Notes: a model not told the origin generated them from the sequence alone. 64,000 nt of DNA from Octopus sinensis (GCF_006345805.1 NC_043005.1:23560001-23624000), one strand, 5' to 3'. Shown: positions 49,459 through 62,410, counted from the first letter of the stretch. Numbers and translations: made by a program.

Positions 49459-50040
49459 TAAGGTGGCGAGCTGGTAGAAACGTTAGCACGCCGTGCGAAA
49501 TGCTTAGCGGTATTTCGTCGGCCGTTACGTTCTGAGTTCAAATTCCGCCGAGGTCGACTTTACCTTTCATCCTTTCGGGGTTGATTAAATAAGTACCAGT
49601 TACGCACTGGGGTCGATATAATCGACTTTATCCGTTTGTCTGCCCTTGTTTGTCCTCTCTGTGTTTAGCCCCTTGTGGGTAGTAAAGAAATAAGTATTTC
49701 GTCTGCTGTTATGTTCTGAGTTCAAATTCCGCCGAGGTCGACTTTGCCTTTCATCCTTTCGGGCTCGATTAAATAAGTACCAGTTACGCACTGGAGTCGA
49801 TATAATCGACTTAATCCGTTTGTCTGTCCTTGTTTGTCCTTTCTGTGTTTAGCCCCTTGTAGGTAGTAAAGAAATAGGTATTTCGTGTCTATGTTCTGAG
49901 TTCAAATTCTGCTGAGGTCGACTTTGCCTCTCATCCTTTCGAGGTCGATAAATTAAGTACCAGTTGTGTACTGGAATCGATCTAATCAACTGGTTACCTC
50001 CCCCAAAATTTCGGGCCTTGTGCCGAGAGTAGAAAAGAAT
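49459..50040 (+). mobile_element. Tandem trimer of family A SINE units
   Basis: One headed unit followed by two units starting at gtatttcg; the first two carry tail 1, the last carries tail 2. Confidence 0.88.
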
Positions 50041-50049
50041 ATATACACA

Positions 50050-50165
50050 GTGTTATATTTAAGATATGAGGAATCATGTACATTATTTACATTATTTACA
50101 TTTGACGGATATTTATCTTCATCAAATGTAAATAATGCAAATAATGTAAATAATGTACATAATAT
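50050..50165. mobile_element. Short tail-out palindromic derivative of the 1157-1582 family
   Basis: tatttaagatatgagga...tacattatttacatttgacggatattt joined to tcaaatgtaaataatg...tacataat. Confidence 0.7.
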
Positions 50166-50189
50166 ATATATATTCTTTTATTTTTTATA

Positions 50190-50572
50190 TGTTTCAGTTA
50201 TTTGACTGCGGCCATGCGGGAGCATCACCTTAGGGGGTTTTAGTCGAACAAATCGACCTCAGGACCCATTCTTTGTAAGCCTAGTACTTATTCTTTTGAT
50301 CTCTTTCGCCAAACCGCTTAGTCACGGGGACTTAAACACATCAACATCGGTTGTAAAGCGATGGCGGGGGAACAAACAGACACAAGCACAAAAATATATA
50401 CATATGTATATATACGACGGGCTTCCTTCAGTTTTCGTCTGCCAAATCCATTCACAATGCTTTGGTCGGCCCAAGGCTATGTAGTTGAAGACACTTACCC
50501 AAGGTGCCACGTAGTGGAACTGAACCCGAAACCATGTGATTGGGAAGCAGGCTTCTTCCACACAGCCACGCC
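50190..50572 (-). mobile_element. SINE family B
   Basis: Colinear with 1881-2286. Confidence 0.85.
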
Positions 50573-50581
50573 TGTGTGTGA

Positions 50582-50627
<46 letters not shown>

Positions 50628-50639
50628 TGTGTGTGACTG

Positions 50640-51710
50640 GTACTCGATTTTAGCTGTCTGCCTACGAGTTCAGTCTGTCTTTTGGATTGGAAGCTCCTCG
50701 TTAGATCGCAACATCGTGGTGGGCGCTGATGGAGCGCCCTTTGATCCACGTTATTAACTCTGGTGTATCCCTAAGTTCCGTTTTGTCCCCTAAACACTGC
50801 CTGTAATACATCAACGATCTAACAACACTTTCTTCTATCACCTTTCATTCCTTCTTAACCTTCTGCATTCAGTTTTGATTTGCTACCTGGATACCTGGAT
50901 ACCCCATGCCGAATTCTTACTCACTCCACGGTCAGAGATCTCGAAAACATCATCTAACAGAATCTTATTAATCTCATTTTCTTCAAAAGCACAAAAAACA
51001 CTATGACAATAATTCTTCCTACTATAGACACTGAGCCCGGAATTTAGTGGGGGTGGGGTAGTCGATTATGCTGACCCCCAATGTTCGACTGGTATTTATT
51101 TTATTGGCCCTGAAAGGTCAGAAGGGGAAAATGACACCAGCAGAATTTGAACTCAGAAAGCTAAACCGGTGATAATGCTATTAAGGATTTTATTTGACGT
51201 GCTAACAGTTCTGCCGGTTCGCCAGCTTAATACAACCAGAAAATAATAAATATAAGCAATACAACAAAAGCCTCAAGCGCTACAAATAATAAACTTCACC
51301 ATCACTGAAGAGTCTGTTCAGGTGAACACACATTCCCAGCATAACAAAGACTGTATTTTAAAGGTCAGGCCTTCCTTTACAGGGTCAGAAAGTACTTGAG
51401 GCGTCAAGTACTAATCTTCAACAGAGCTCCAGTGAAAACTACAATCGGAATACTGCTTATTGTTTCCACAACTGAGAGTGTGTTGTCCAATACACAGATA
51501 TTTAAGTGTATCTGCCATACTGAGAAAGGGTATCTGACTAAATGACGTAAAGTAACTTCCCAACACACTGCAACCTTTCGTGTGACCACACATAAGCTTG
51601 CTATCTCTTCATTCTCACTTTTCTGCCGTCATCCTCTCAATGGATCCGTCATGATTTTTTGCCACTCCATTTCGAGTACTCCTCATTCATTCGACTCTCC
51701 TATATTGGCT
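50640..51710 (+). mobile_element. Degenerate CR1/Jockey-group LINE RT and C-terminal fragments, with SINE A at ~51020-51230
   Basis: INSGVSLSSVLSP...YINDL remnant at ~50745-50820 (cf. INSGVPQGSVLSP...INDL). Confidence 0.5.
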
Positions 51711-51779
51711 ATCTTTCGAATTTTGTACGTAAAAGATGACGTACAAGTGAAACAAACTTAAATAGCTTTGTTTCTTTTC

Positions 51780-52160
51780 TTCTCTAGGCACAAGGCCCGA
51801 AATTTTTGGGGAGGGGGCCAGTCGATTAGATCGACTCCAGAACGCAACTGGTACTTAATTTATCGACCTCGAAAGGATGAAAGGCAAAGTCGACCTCGGC
51901 GGAATTTGAACTCAGAACGTAAAGACAGACGAAATGCCTATTTCTTACCCACATGGGGCTAAACATAGAGGGGACAAACAAGGACAGACAAACGGATTAA
52001 GTCGATTACATCGACCCCAGTGCATAACTGGTACATATTTAATCGACCCCGAAAAGATGAAAGGCAAAGTCGACCTCGGCGGAATTTGAACTCACAACAT
52101 AACGGCAGACGAAATACGGCTACGCATTTCGCCCGGCGCGCTAACGTTTCTGCCTTAACT
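51780..52160 (-). mobile_element. Tandem family A SINE units
   Basis: Reverse complement of a headed tail-1 unit followed by a headless tail-2 unit. Confidence 0.85.
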
Positions 52161-52450
52161 ACACTTAAATAATCCTTAATAACCGGTAACAAGCGGCAAT
52201 AAATGTAGAAGAAAATTTCTACAAGGTACCAGTTAATAACAAATCGTTTACCAGAAGGCATCAGGCATTGCTATCATCTATAATTATTAGATTTTAGTTT
52301 ACTAATTTGAAATAGATTAAAATAAATCAAACGCATTTTCCAACAAAATCAGATTTTGTAATAATTACAAATTATTGCTAATTGTTGTTTACTTTTTACT
52401 TGGAGTGGGAGCAGTTTGTTTCTCTTGGTTGGCCAACTCATATGTATAAA

Positions 52451-53170
52451 CAGGGCCGGCTCAAGATACCGGCAACTCGGACAGTCGCCCGGGGCGTAAT
52501 GTACTAGGAGGCGTCAAGGAGGGCGTGACAAAGACAAGGATATTTCCACGATCGTCAGCTTGTACACACCAAAGTTCAGCTTGCCCGGAGCGCCAGCAAT
52601 CCTAGGGCCGGCCCGCGAAATTTTTTTCCCAACGAGAGTTCCGGACCCCAGTAATGAACTCATTTGCGTACAGCCAATCAGAGCTCACCTTGACCTTGTT
52701 GTCAAGTTAACAAACACACCCTACCAAGTAAACTTCAAAACGAAGAACGGTGTTGTAAGTCGACCGATCGCTGAGTTATGCCTGAAGCAATTAGATAGAT
52801 TTGCATCTATACCTATTATCGGATTTTGTTAGGGCCCCATATGGTAAAGATGTGGATGCGAAAAATGTGGGCAAAGGGTGATGTGCTAGCAGCCCTCACT
52901 CCTTACTGTTTTAGAAAGTAAACAACAACACAAATAACTACGCAGAGGCAGCCATGGTTGAAACAAGAACAAGAACAAGAACAACAAGCATTATTAAAAG
53001 AGAAAAGAAGCATGATCATTCCTTACCCAAGTGGCCTTATCTTATCACCCATCACTTGTTATGCGCTCATAAATCAGTTTGATAGCTGAACTCTGGTTGG
53101 CTGTATGCAATCGAGTTCATAACTGGGGTCCGGAACTCAGGTGGGGAAAAAAATTTCGCGTCCGGCCCTG
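52451..53170. mobile_element. Composite non-autonomous hAT element (720 bp)
   Basis: Termini cagggccgg / ccggccctg; 8-bp TSD tgtataaa / tgtacaaa. Contains a ~160-bp MITE fused to a ~560-bp unit with ~85-bp inverted arms. Confidence 0.82.
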
Positions 53171-54641
53171 TGTACAAAGTTCGAAAGACCGACCCTATAG
53201 TGCATAAGTTCCTGACCCCACACTCGCTAAATACATTGGTCAGTTTTTTGTCCCCAAAGTGTCATTTTACTGGCATTCCTTCCACGCCAATGTTTTCTTG
53301 TTTGTTTTTGATATTAGGTTTCGACTAGTAATTGTTTAGAAGAATATTAACGAACGTTGCACTCAGCTGTGTTGGAGGACAAATTCTTTTATCCAGACAA
53401 GAAAAAAAAAATGCACACGTACACACACACACACACACACACAACACACACACACACACACAAATGGACGAAAATTAAGTGAAACAAATCAACATGGAAT
53501 CGAACCAGTTTCACAGGTTCGCACTTAGATCACAATACATAGCTACTTGAAAACAAACACACACAAGCACGCACACACACACACCTACCTTTCTTTTCTT
53601 TTTCCTTCCTCTTCCCGTCTTTTTTTTTCTTTGTCGTTCTTTCCCGCTCTCTGTGTCTGTCTGTCTCTTTGTCTCTCTTTCTCTCTTTTCTCTCTCTCTC
53701 TTTCACACACACACACACACATGTACATACACATGCGTTATTTCTTTTCCTGTCTCTCTGTCTCTCTGTTAGTCCGTCACTATCAGTCTGTGGGTCCATC
53801 ACTATCTGTCTGTCTGTCTGTCACTCAGGAGCCCGTATAGACGCGTATATTTTCTGTTTTTTTTTTTTTCAAGTATCCTCGTTTGTTTATTTACTCTCCA
53901 TCACTTCAAACGCACGCTCACACACACACACACACACACACCACACACACACGCACGCACACATACGCACACACACACACACACACGCGCACACGCACAC
54001 ACACACGCACGCACAACTCATATCTCCACACTTGCACTTGATTGTTCGTCTCAAGTAGGATGTTAAAACATTACAAAACAATACACTTTAATAATAAAAG
54101 AAGTAGTCTTAAAAACAGCAAAAAAAAAAAGAACATACACAATAAAACAAGCCTCTCTCTGTTCATATAAGTATTTAATCTAGTGCCATCATCATTCGTC
54201 CTCCTCTTGTAAATATATATATATATTATATATATATATATATATCCAGCCAGCACAAATTTAAGGTCACTGTTTTCTTAGTTTTTTTTTTTTTTGCTTG
54301 GTTGATTGCACAAGTATCCATTCTTTTGATCTCAAAAACAATGTCCAGCCTTTTATGTGGTAGAAATGGCAGTCAAATATCTCTGCTGGAGATATTATGT
54401 GCTAGAAATGGCAGTTTCTGAAATCACACTCTACTTTCCGTCTTAAAAATATGAAGGATACATTAAAATTAGTGATTTAGAAAATGACAAATACCAGTTC
54501 TCGGCTTCTCACAAGCTATCTGAGATGATTTTTTGAACCAGTTTTCGTTATTTACAAAAGATAAGAAGACAAAATAGAGTTTTGTTGTGTCCCTACAATT
54601 TTTCTTTCTTCGCCTTGTTGTTGGGTAAACCCTGTCCGTCA

Positions 54642-54751
54642 GAACATTTCTATATTTAAGAGATGAGGAATTATGTACATCATTTACATTATTTACATTT
54701 GATAAATATCCGTCAAATGTAAATAATGCAAATAATGTAAATAATGTACTC
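54642..54751. mobile_element. Short tail-out palindromic derivative of the 1157-1582 family
   Basis: 8-bp TSD gtccgtca (54634-54641, 54752-54759); both arms are terminal sequence of the hammerhead element. Confidence 0.75.
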
Positions 54752-55265
54752 GTCCGTCACTATTTAAGCTAGGTATATCAGGACCAAATATCCTATCTGC
54801 TTTAGGATCAAATAGGCCAGATCCAACCTCTCACACATACCCTACTATGATAAAAAAAAAAAAAAATCAGTCACACCATTGAAATCTCGAAGCTAGACGA
54901 TAATAAATGGTAGATTCAAATCAAATAACTTTAATAATTAAGGAAAATGTAAAAAAAAAAGTTTTCTTTTCTTTGTTTTTTGCGTTTGAAATTTTGCACA
55001 GCTTTTTTTGTGTTGCATGAATCACCTCCGTTATAATTCACCACAGCAAAACGATGAGCTGAAAGAAACGTTAACACATCGGGCAAAATGCTTTGTGGTA
55101 TTTCTTCCAGCTCTTTACATTCTGATTTGAAATCCCGCCAAGGTTAATGTTGCATTTTATCCTTCCGGGGCCGACGAAATAAGCACCAGTCAAGAACTGG
55201 GGTTGAGGTAATCAAAGAAAATTGGTGGCTTTGTACCAAAATTTGAAACTATTATTATTATTATT

Positions 55266-55790
55266 GAGTAAGAGAGCAGAGCATGCCATCAAAGTGACAC
55301 TGGGGTAAAATATACGAAGCCCAGTATACCCATCATGACTACCTATCTGATAAGGGTACACTAGGCACATGCATCACAACCATATGTGCGTGACATGGTG
55401 ATCTCATATCAAGATAAACAGCGCATGACCTTGCAGATGGGGCCCAGTTAGAATTTACTTCAGGTCGAGTAGCCCATCCCGCTCAAAAGGGCTCTGAATA
55501 AGGATTGTTTAAGGATGTTGAACGAAACACCGATGTTTCCAGAGATGAATTATTCAAATCCCAAAGAATCCCTCTCAACACATGGATATGATGTTCCCCT
55601 AATACTTCTGCTCATGATCAGAGATGCACATATCGTCAGCTACCAAGGGACATGCTTAAATCTGTGGTATTGAGCAGAATATTTGCTGTAGCCCATCTTT
55701 TATACCAAGACAAAACAATGTACATGATAACACTTCCAATCAGTTAAGATCAGAAGCCACGAGGGCCACTGCCTGGTACTGCATCAGGTC
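55266..55790 (-). mobile_element. ~540-bp (TAA)n-embedded element (copy 2)
   Basis: Homolog of 28796-29336 with one ~35-bp internal deletion; long (TTA)n follows. Confidence 0.75.
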
Positions 55791-55797
55791 AGTATTA

Positions 55798-55870
<73 letters not shown>

Positions 55871-55885
55871 AAATTTTTTTTATTA

Positions 55886-56285
55886 AGGCGGCGAGCTGGC
55901 AGAAACGTTAGCACGCCGATGGAAATGCGTAGCCGTATTTCGTCTGCCGTTACGTTCTGAGTTCAAATTCCGCCGAGGTCGACTTTGCCTTTCATCCTTT
56001 CGGGGTTGATTAAATAAGTACCAGTTACACACTGGGGTCGATATAATCGACTTAATCCGTTTGTCTGTCCTTATTTGTCCTCTCTGTGTTTAGCCCCTTG
56101 TGGGTAGTAAAGAAATAGGTATTTCGCCCGTCGCTACGTTCTGAATTCAAATTCCGCCGAGGTCGACTTAGTCGTTCATGCTTTCGGGATCGATAAATTA
56201 AGTACCAGTGAAGTACTGGGGTCGATGCAATCGACTAGTCCCCTCCCCACAAATTTGAGGCCTTGTGCCTCTAGTAGAAAGGATT
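55886..56285 (+). mobile_element. Tandem dimer of family A SINE (tail 1 then tail 2)
   Basis: aaggcggcgagctggcagaaacg... headed unit, then ...aaagaaataggtatttcg junction into a headless unit ending agtagaaaggattat. Confidence 0.88.
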
Positions 56286-56318
56286 ATCATTTACCACATT
56301 ATCTGGGTAAGCCATGGA

Positions 56319-56483
56319 CAGGGCCAGCTCAAAATACCAGCAACACGGGCAGTCGCCCGGGGTGCCATGTGGTAGGGGCGCCAAGCGGGGCGTGACAAAG
56401 ACAAGGAAATTTCCACGACTGTCAGCTTGTACACACCGAAGTTCAGCTTGCCCGGGGCGCCAGCAACCCTAGGGCCGGTCCTG
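56319..56483. mobile_element. hAT MITE (165 bp)
   Basis: TIR cagggccag / ccggtcctg; 8-bp TSD gccatgga / accatgga; homolog of 52451-52612. Confidence 0.85.
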
Positions 56484-56624
56484 ACCATGGATTATACAAA
56501 ATATGATAGAGATACACACGCACACACACACACACACATAAGAATATTTGTAACAATAAGTTTCGCTCCGACATCGATGACTGTAATAACGTTTAGTAGT
56601 GCAAAATAGATCCAAATACTAAGC

Positions 56625-56990
56625 ACAGGAGTGGCTGTATGGTAAGTAGCTTGCTTACTAACAACATGGTTCCGGGTTCATTCCCACTACGTGGCACCTT
56701 GGACAAGTGTCTTCTACTATAGCCTCGGGCCAACCAAAGCCTTGTGAATGGATTTGGTAGACGGAAACTGAAAGAAGCCCGTCGTATATATATATATATA
56801 TATACATATATGTGCGTGTGTATATGTTTGTGTCTGTGTTTGCCCCCCCAACATCGCTTGACAACCGATGGTGGTGTGTTTACGACCCCGTAACTTAGCG
56901 GTTCGATAAAAGAGACCGATAGAATAAGTACTAGGCTTCCAAAGAATAAGTCCAGCATGGCTGCATCAAATGACTGAAACAAGTAAAAGG
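56625..56990 (+). mobile_element. SINE family B (full-length copy)
   Basis: caggagtggctgtatggtaag head with ggttcattccc B-box-like motif, conserved central block, (TA)n, tail. Confidence 0.85.
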
Positions 56991-57005
56991 GTAAAAAAGA
57001 GTATA

Positions 57006-57204
57006 CAGTAGAACCTCGGTTTACGAATGCCTCTGGTCACGAATAAACCGTGCTTTATCTTTTGTCTTTCTCATAATTATTTAATACAGTAGAACCTCGG
57101 TTTACGAACGCTTCTGATCACGAATAAACCGTGCTTTAAATCTATTTATGTATAAAGCACGGTTTATTTGCGATCAGAGTTGTTCGAAAACCGAGGTACT
57201 ACTG
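57006..57204. mobile_element. Tc1/mariner (Tigger-like) MITE 57087-57204 with an extra left-arm copy 57006-57056
   Basis: TA|cagtagaacctcggtttacgaa ... ttcgaaaaccgaggtactactg|TA; nearly palindromic. Confidence 0.8.
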
Positions 57205-58468
57205 TACTTGTTTCCTTCATCAGACTGTGGCCTTGCTGGGACACAGCGCTAAAGAGCTTAGTAGAACAAATCAACCTCAGTACGGATTTTTCTTATTTCA
57301 GGTACTTATTTTACCGATCTGTTTTACCGAATCGCTAAGCTACAGAGACGAAAAGAAACCAGCACCGTTTGTCAAGCGGTGGGGTGGGGGAGTAACACAA
57401 ACACACAAAAAACACACACAATATATATATATATATATATATATAGTAGAAATATGTTACGAAAAGAAAATATAAAATACACGTGGAAATGTAAGGGTAA
57501 AATATGAAAAATCAACGAAAATGCACATTGCAAATAAAAAAAAAGCCTATTTATGACAGGTAACGACAAATATATACATTTAGATTGACTGAGGTAGTAA
57601 TACGAGTCATAAAAGTCATTATTATGAGATGATTATAAGATGATAATAAAGTAAGAGAACAAAACGGACCATGGTTTCCGCATCGTTTGAACAAACTTAT
57701 ATATATATATCTATATACAAAGGCTTCCATATAGTTTCCGCTAACAAATTCATTCACAAGGTAGGGGGCTATAGTAGAAGACAGTTGCTCAAGGTACCGT
57801 GTTGTGAAACTGAACCCCAAACGACTTGGCTGTGAAGCGATCCCCTCAACCTCATGACTATATTCACGCCTATATAAAGATAGCTCTTGCTTCGTATTAA
57901 CTTCTTTTTATGAAGGTGCGTTGCCTAGTGGTTAGAGATGTTTCGCTTATGACTAGAAGATCGTAGGTTCAATCTTGGATTGAGCAGCGCATTATGTTCT
58001 TTAGTAAGGCATTTCATTTCAGTTTATTCAGGTGTAATAACTATCAGCCAGGTGTTGGTGGCAGCCCCCTTTCTCTTCAAATGATACGAACTGGATGTTC
58101 TGCTGGATCAGGGGTGAGTGGGTAGAGAAGTCGTTTCTTTTTGCCCACAACTAGATTTACACCTAAAACAATTAATAAAAGCATGCTATATTTTACCACA
58201 TAATACCCACTCGCCCGTGACGGCTGGTTGCATTTATCTCGTTCGATTACATTACGGAATGAGAAGGGTTGTAGAGCGAGAGTCGCTTATTTGTGACAAG
58301 TTGTTGTTTAACCCTACACAGGTCAGCTCTGACTAAGCAAATTTATCTTCAAAGTTGTTCCCACTCTGAAAATCTGCTCTTTTTATTCACGCATAGTGTT
58401 TCTAGTTCTATACCACCCAATCAGTTCTTCTTTTTGTACAATGATAGGGTGGGATTTATATTGATAAA

Positions 58469-58984
58469 TCTATATATATAAAACTGTAGTTGTGTGAGTG
58501 TCTGTCTCCTACGATTTAGATTCCTAACTCCTCCCACATTTTGCGGTGCAGTTTAACCAAATTCGGGTATCTTATAGTCGTGATTAATATCAAGCCCGTC
58601 TGGCTATTAGCGCGCGTCTACGATGAGTCTACGATTTTAAAAATAATTTAACATCATTTTTTATTCCATTTTAATGCATAATTTTTCGTGTGTCGATGAC
58701 GGCGGAGTTGGCGTCCACGCTCAAACACCTGCACCTGTGTTTGCTTCTCCCCTTCTTCCCTCCCTCGTGAAGCTGTGGGGAAGGGAGTTTAAGGAAATCA
58801 ATGTCGTAATGCGTTGTCAAGGAGACCAGCGTTCTTTTAGAACAACGACTTCATGGCTTGAAGACACCAAAACAGAAATGGCTAAGAAAGCCCGAATTGG
58901 CATCTATAAAGGAAGTAACTCTCTAAAAATGCTTATATAGTTATTTCCCTTACAAACCCGAGCAACGCCGGGCGATACTGCTAG
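58469..58984 (+). mobile_element. Non-autonomous Helitron (copy 2)
   Basis: A|TC ... cccgagcaacgccggg ... CTAG|T; colinear with 10680-11192. Confidence 0.9.
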
Positions 58985-60121
58985 TCATTAATAAAGCAAA
59001 TCGCTAAATGAAACAATTTACTGTATTTAGTCTCATCTCTGAACTTTATCAGTTCAAGCCATTCCAAAGTTCATTTAGCATTTCCTCATAATTACATTGA
59101 TCAACTACAGTATGGTCCAACATATGTAATACACTAAGTGAGAAATTTCGATTAACTGAGATTATCCAAACAATTAGTAGGTAAAGTACTCCCTCTAGGT
59201 GTTTTAAAATACACAGCTAGCAAGGGAAATAAGTCCAGTATGATTAGTCAATCGCTAATTTTTAGACAATATAACCAATGCATATATGGGAATAGATCTG
59301 GTCTTTTAAGATCATTTAACGGCGAGATCCACTTAAATTTCCATTGTCTGTGTTGTCTTCAAAATTCGTTCATTTATCTTATTGCTTTTCTTGGAGATTT
59401 TCAACAACTCTCGGCGGAAAGATTTTATTTGTTAATTGCTTGAATAATCTCAGACGGTTGAAAAACTTAAACTCCTTGGATTACATATGCGAAACCTTAC
59501 TGTCAAACCAGAACCACAAGTGTTAGGCACTCAAATTTGAACTCGCTCAAGGAGAGAAAGAAAACTAGCTGGGGTACCAGTCCCCCCTCCAAATGACATT
59601 AGTGTTTCATGCAAGAATAAGAACACTCTTATAAAGACAAAGCATACTACATTCAGGGCAACAATAACGACGAGTTCGATATGAACCATAATAGAATTGA
59701 TTTAGTAATAAATCCAAAATAATAATTCTAAGTAAAGACTATCAGAAAAAGTTAAAGCCGACATAAGGAAGTTTAGAAGGTGTCAGGAAAGACTGTGTAT
59801 CAGACATAGAAATAGGAACGTTTTCAGAATTCCTGGAATGATTAATGGCAAGAAGTTTTAGTTTTTGTAGAGGCGAATGCAATTAACAACTGAACTACCC
59901 CATCGGTCGTTATTTTCACTTGATTAGATAAATCAGACTTTTCATTCAAGGAACAATACGCACGTATGTATTCTTACATATTTCACATACGTACCAGCAC
60001 ATACAGACGCACGTTCGTATGTGAGTGTGTGTATGCATATTTATACATGCATATAGATATATACATAAACGCACACAGACACAGACGCACACAGACACAC
60101 AGACACAGACACACACACACA

Positions 60122-60173
<52 letters not shown>

Positions 60174-60529
60174 TGGCATACATATTCATTCATAATATGT
60201 TCCGGTAGATTTGGACATTAACAACAATGCTAATCGCGATTGTATTCCGCCTTCGGAGAAAACCTTTCAGACGAAGTCTAGTCACTACACACTCGAATCA
60301 TTGACATAAAGAAACTTGATAGCGAAGATTCGACTTGGTTGTCTCTCTCTTCGGGCAAAGCTACCCCAGAATTAATGATTCTCAACAAAAACGATGGCTC
60401 TTGAACTTAGCGAACAAATTATCTGTTGACGAGTGCTACAGATAAATCTATAATTAATTATCACGTGTACATAGGAATGCGAGAACACTATGTAAAAACA
60501 AACATGCCGCTCATATGTGCGTGCGTATG

Positions 60530-60919
60530 CGTATGTGTACATACATTCGTACACATACATACATATATACATACATATACACACATACATACACACACAC
60601 ACACACATACACACACACATATATATATATATACACATACATACATATATACACATACATACATCCATATACATACGTACATACATACATATGCATACAT
60701 ACACACATACACATTCACATACATACATCCGTACTTACATACACGCACATACATGCATACATACATACATACATACATACATACATACATACATACATAC
60801 TTACACATATACACACAAATACATACGTACAAACCTAAATACGTACATACACACATACAGGCATACATTCATGCATACATACATGCATACATACATACAT
60901 ACATACATACATACATACA

Positions 60920-60950
<31 letters not shown>
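60530..60950. repeat. (TACA)n-rich compound microsatellite
   Basis: Direct inspection. Confidence 0.95.
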
Positions 60951-61828
60951 TATAATAGAGCAGGATTCGAGTAAATCAAGCACTTAAATTGTAAGGTACC
61001 AGGTCGGCTTGAAAAGTAAAATGTGTACACAACAAAAATAGAGGAATAGATAAGCGGGTATCGCAGTACAGGCAGGAAGATATCCAGGTTATGTATACGA
61101 TTAACTGTACCCGACTGAATATATCAATAGCCCTGAGGCTAATCGAGAAACGCATATTGTACTAAATGTACGGTTCGTAATATACTTCGGATCTATGCAA
61201 GGAGCAGGTTCTGAGAGAGGTGAATAATAAATAAAGAAAGAAATAACAACAGATGGATAACGTGTCTATTCGCTACAGCTGTTTCCAACGAATTTTTATT
61301 TGATTAATGGAGACATTACATCATTAGAAAAAAAAAACCGTTTTCATTGGGTGAACCACAACATTCAAAAACATTCAAAATCCAACGGGATGTGCATCTT
61401 CATGATTCTACGATCCTTGCTGGTCATAGAATTCTATGACTTGCATTCGAAGCTTTTGAATGTTAACGGCAGTTAGTGTTTTATCACAAAAGAAGAACAT
61501 AAAAAAACTAAACAAAATAATCATTATTTTTATATGCTATACCATTATACCACCAAAAGTAATTAAGAGGTCATTTTAAGAAAGTATCATTTGTTAACAC
61601 AGACAATGAATTTCAACAACTGGATGACTGTAGTAGCTGTACATGTGATTTGTGGAAACGCGCGTAGCGATGCATTAAAATATTTATAAATTCCATCTAA
61701 GGATTATTATTATTATTACTATATTTCTCCTACATTATATCGGTAAAGCTCGGTGTGACTCCCAAAAACTGTGACCCCAGTTGGCATCATTAGGCTGTAG
61801 CTGGCATAATAGAATAAGAGATTTTATA

Positions 61829-62049
61829 TGTTATTCAAAAACGTTTCCCGTAAACGAACGACAAGCACACACACGCCCTCCCGCCCCACACACATGCACG
61901 TGGGGATGCTAAACAGTTCCTGCCTTTACGGGAATCGAGAGAGGCCTGATTGGAGGCCCAACCTTCCGAGTTCTTTTACAGGGCTTAGAAAAAGCGAAGG
62001 ACTGCTGCAATAAATGTGTGAATCGGAGAGGTGAATATGTTGAATAAAA
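61829..62049. mobile_element. Possible solo LTR
   Basis: tgttattcaa ... ttgaataaaa inverted termini (canonical would end ...taaca); flanks ttata / tcata; internal gattgg and aataaa. Confidence 0.35.
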
Positions 62050-62123
62050 TCATAATTAACTAATTCTCCTGTGTTTTCTTTTACCCAAAGCCAGGAACTT
62101 TTCAGCAGTTCCTCGGGTGTGTG

Positions 62124-62188
<65 letters not shown>

Positions 62189-62189
62189 A

Positions 62190-62220
<31 letters not shown>

Positions 62221-62308
62221 ATCGATCTATTTATTCTCCCTCAAAAGAAAAGCTCTACTTTGTAATTTGTCCCCTCTGTGTTCAGCCCTGTGTGGCTAAT
62301 AAAGAAAC

Positions 62309-62339
<31 letters not shown>

Positions 62340-62410
62340 TGTATGTATGTATGTATGTATGTATGTATGTATGTATGTATGTATGTATCTATCTATCTAT
62401 CTATCTATCT

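Noticed and set aside
60372-60987. Long His/Thr/Tyr or Cys/Val/Met ORFs (also 20305-20708, 53530-54081, 59946-60208, 63474-63872, 42039-42245)
   Set aside because: They are translations of microsatellites, with no splice or domain support.
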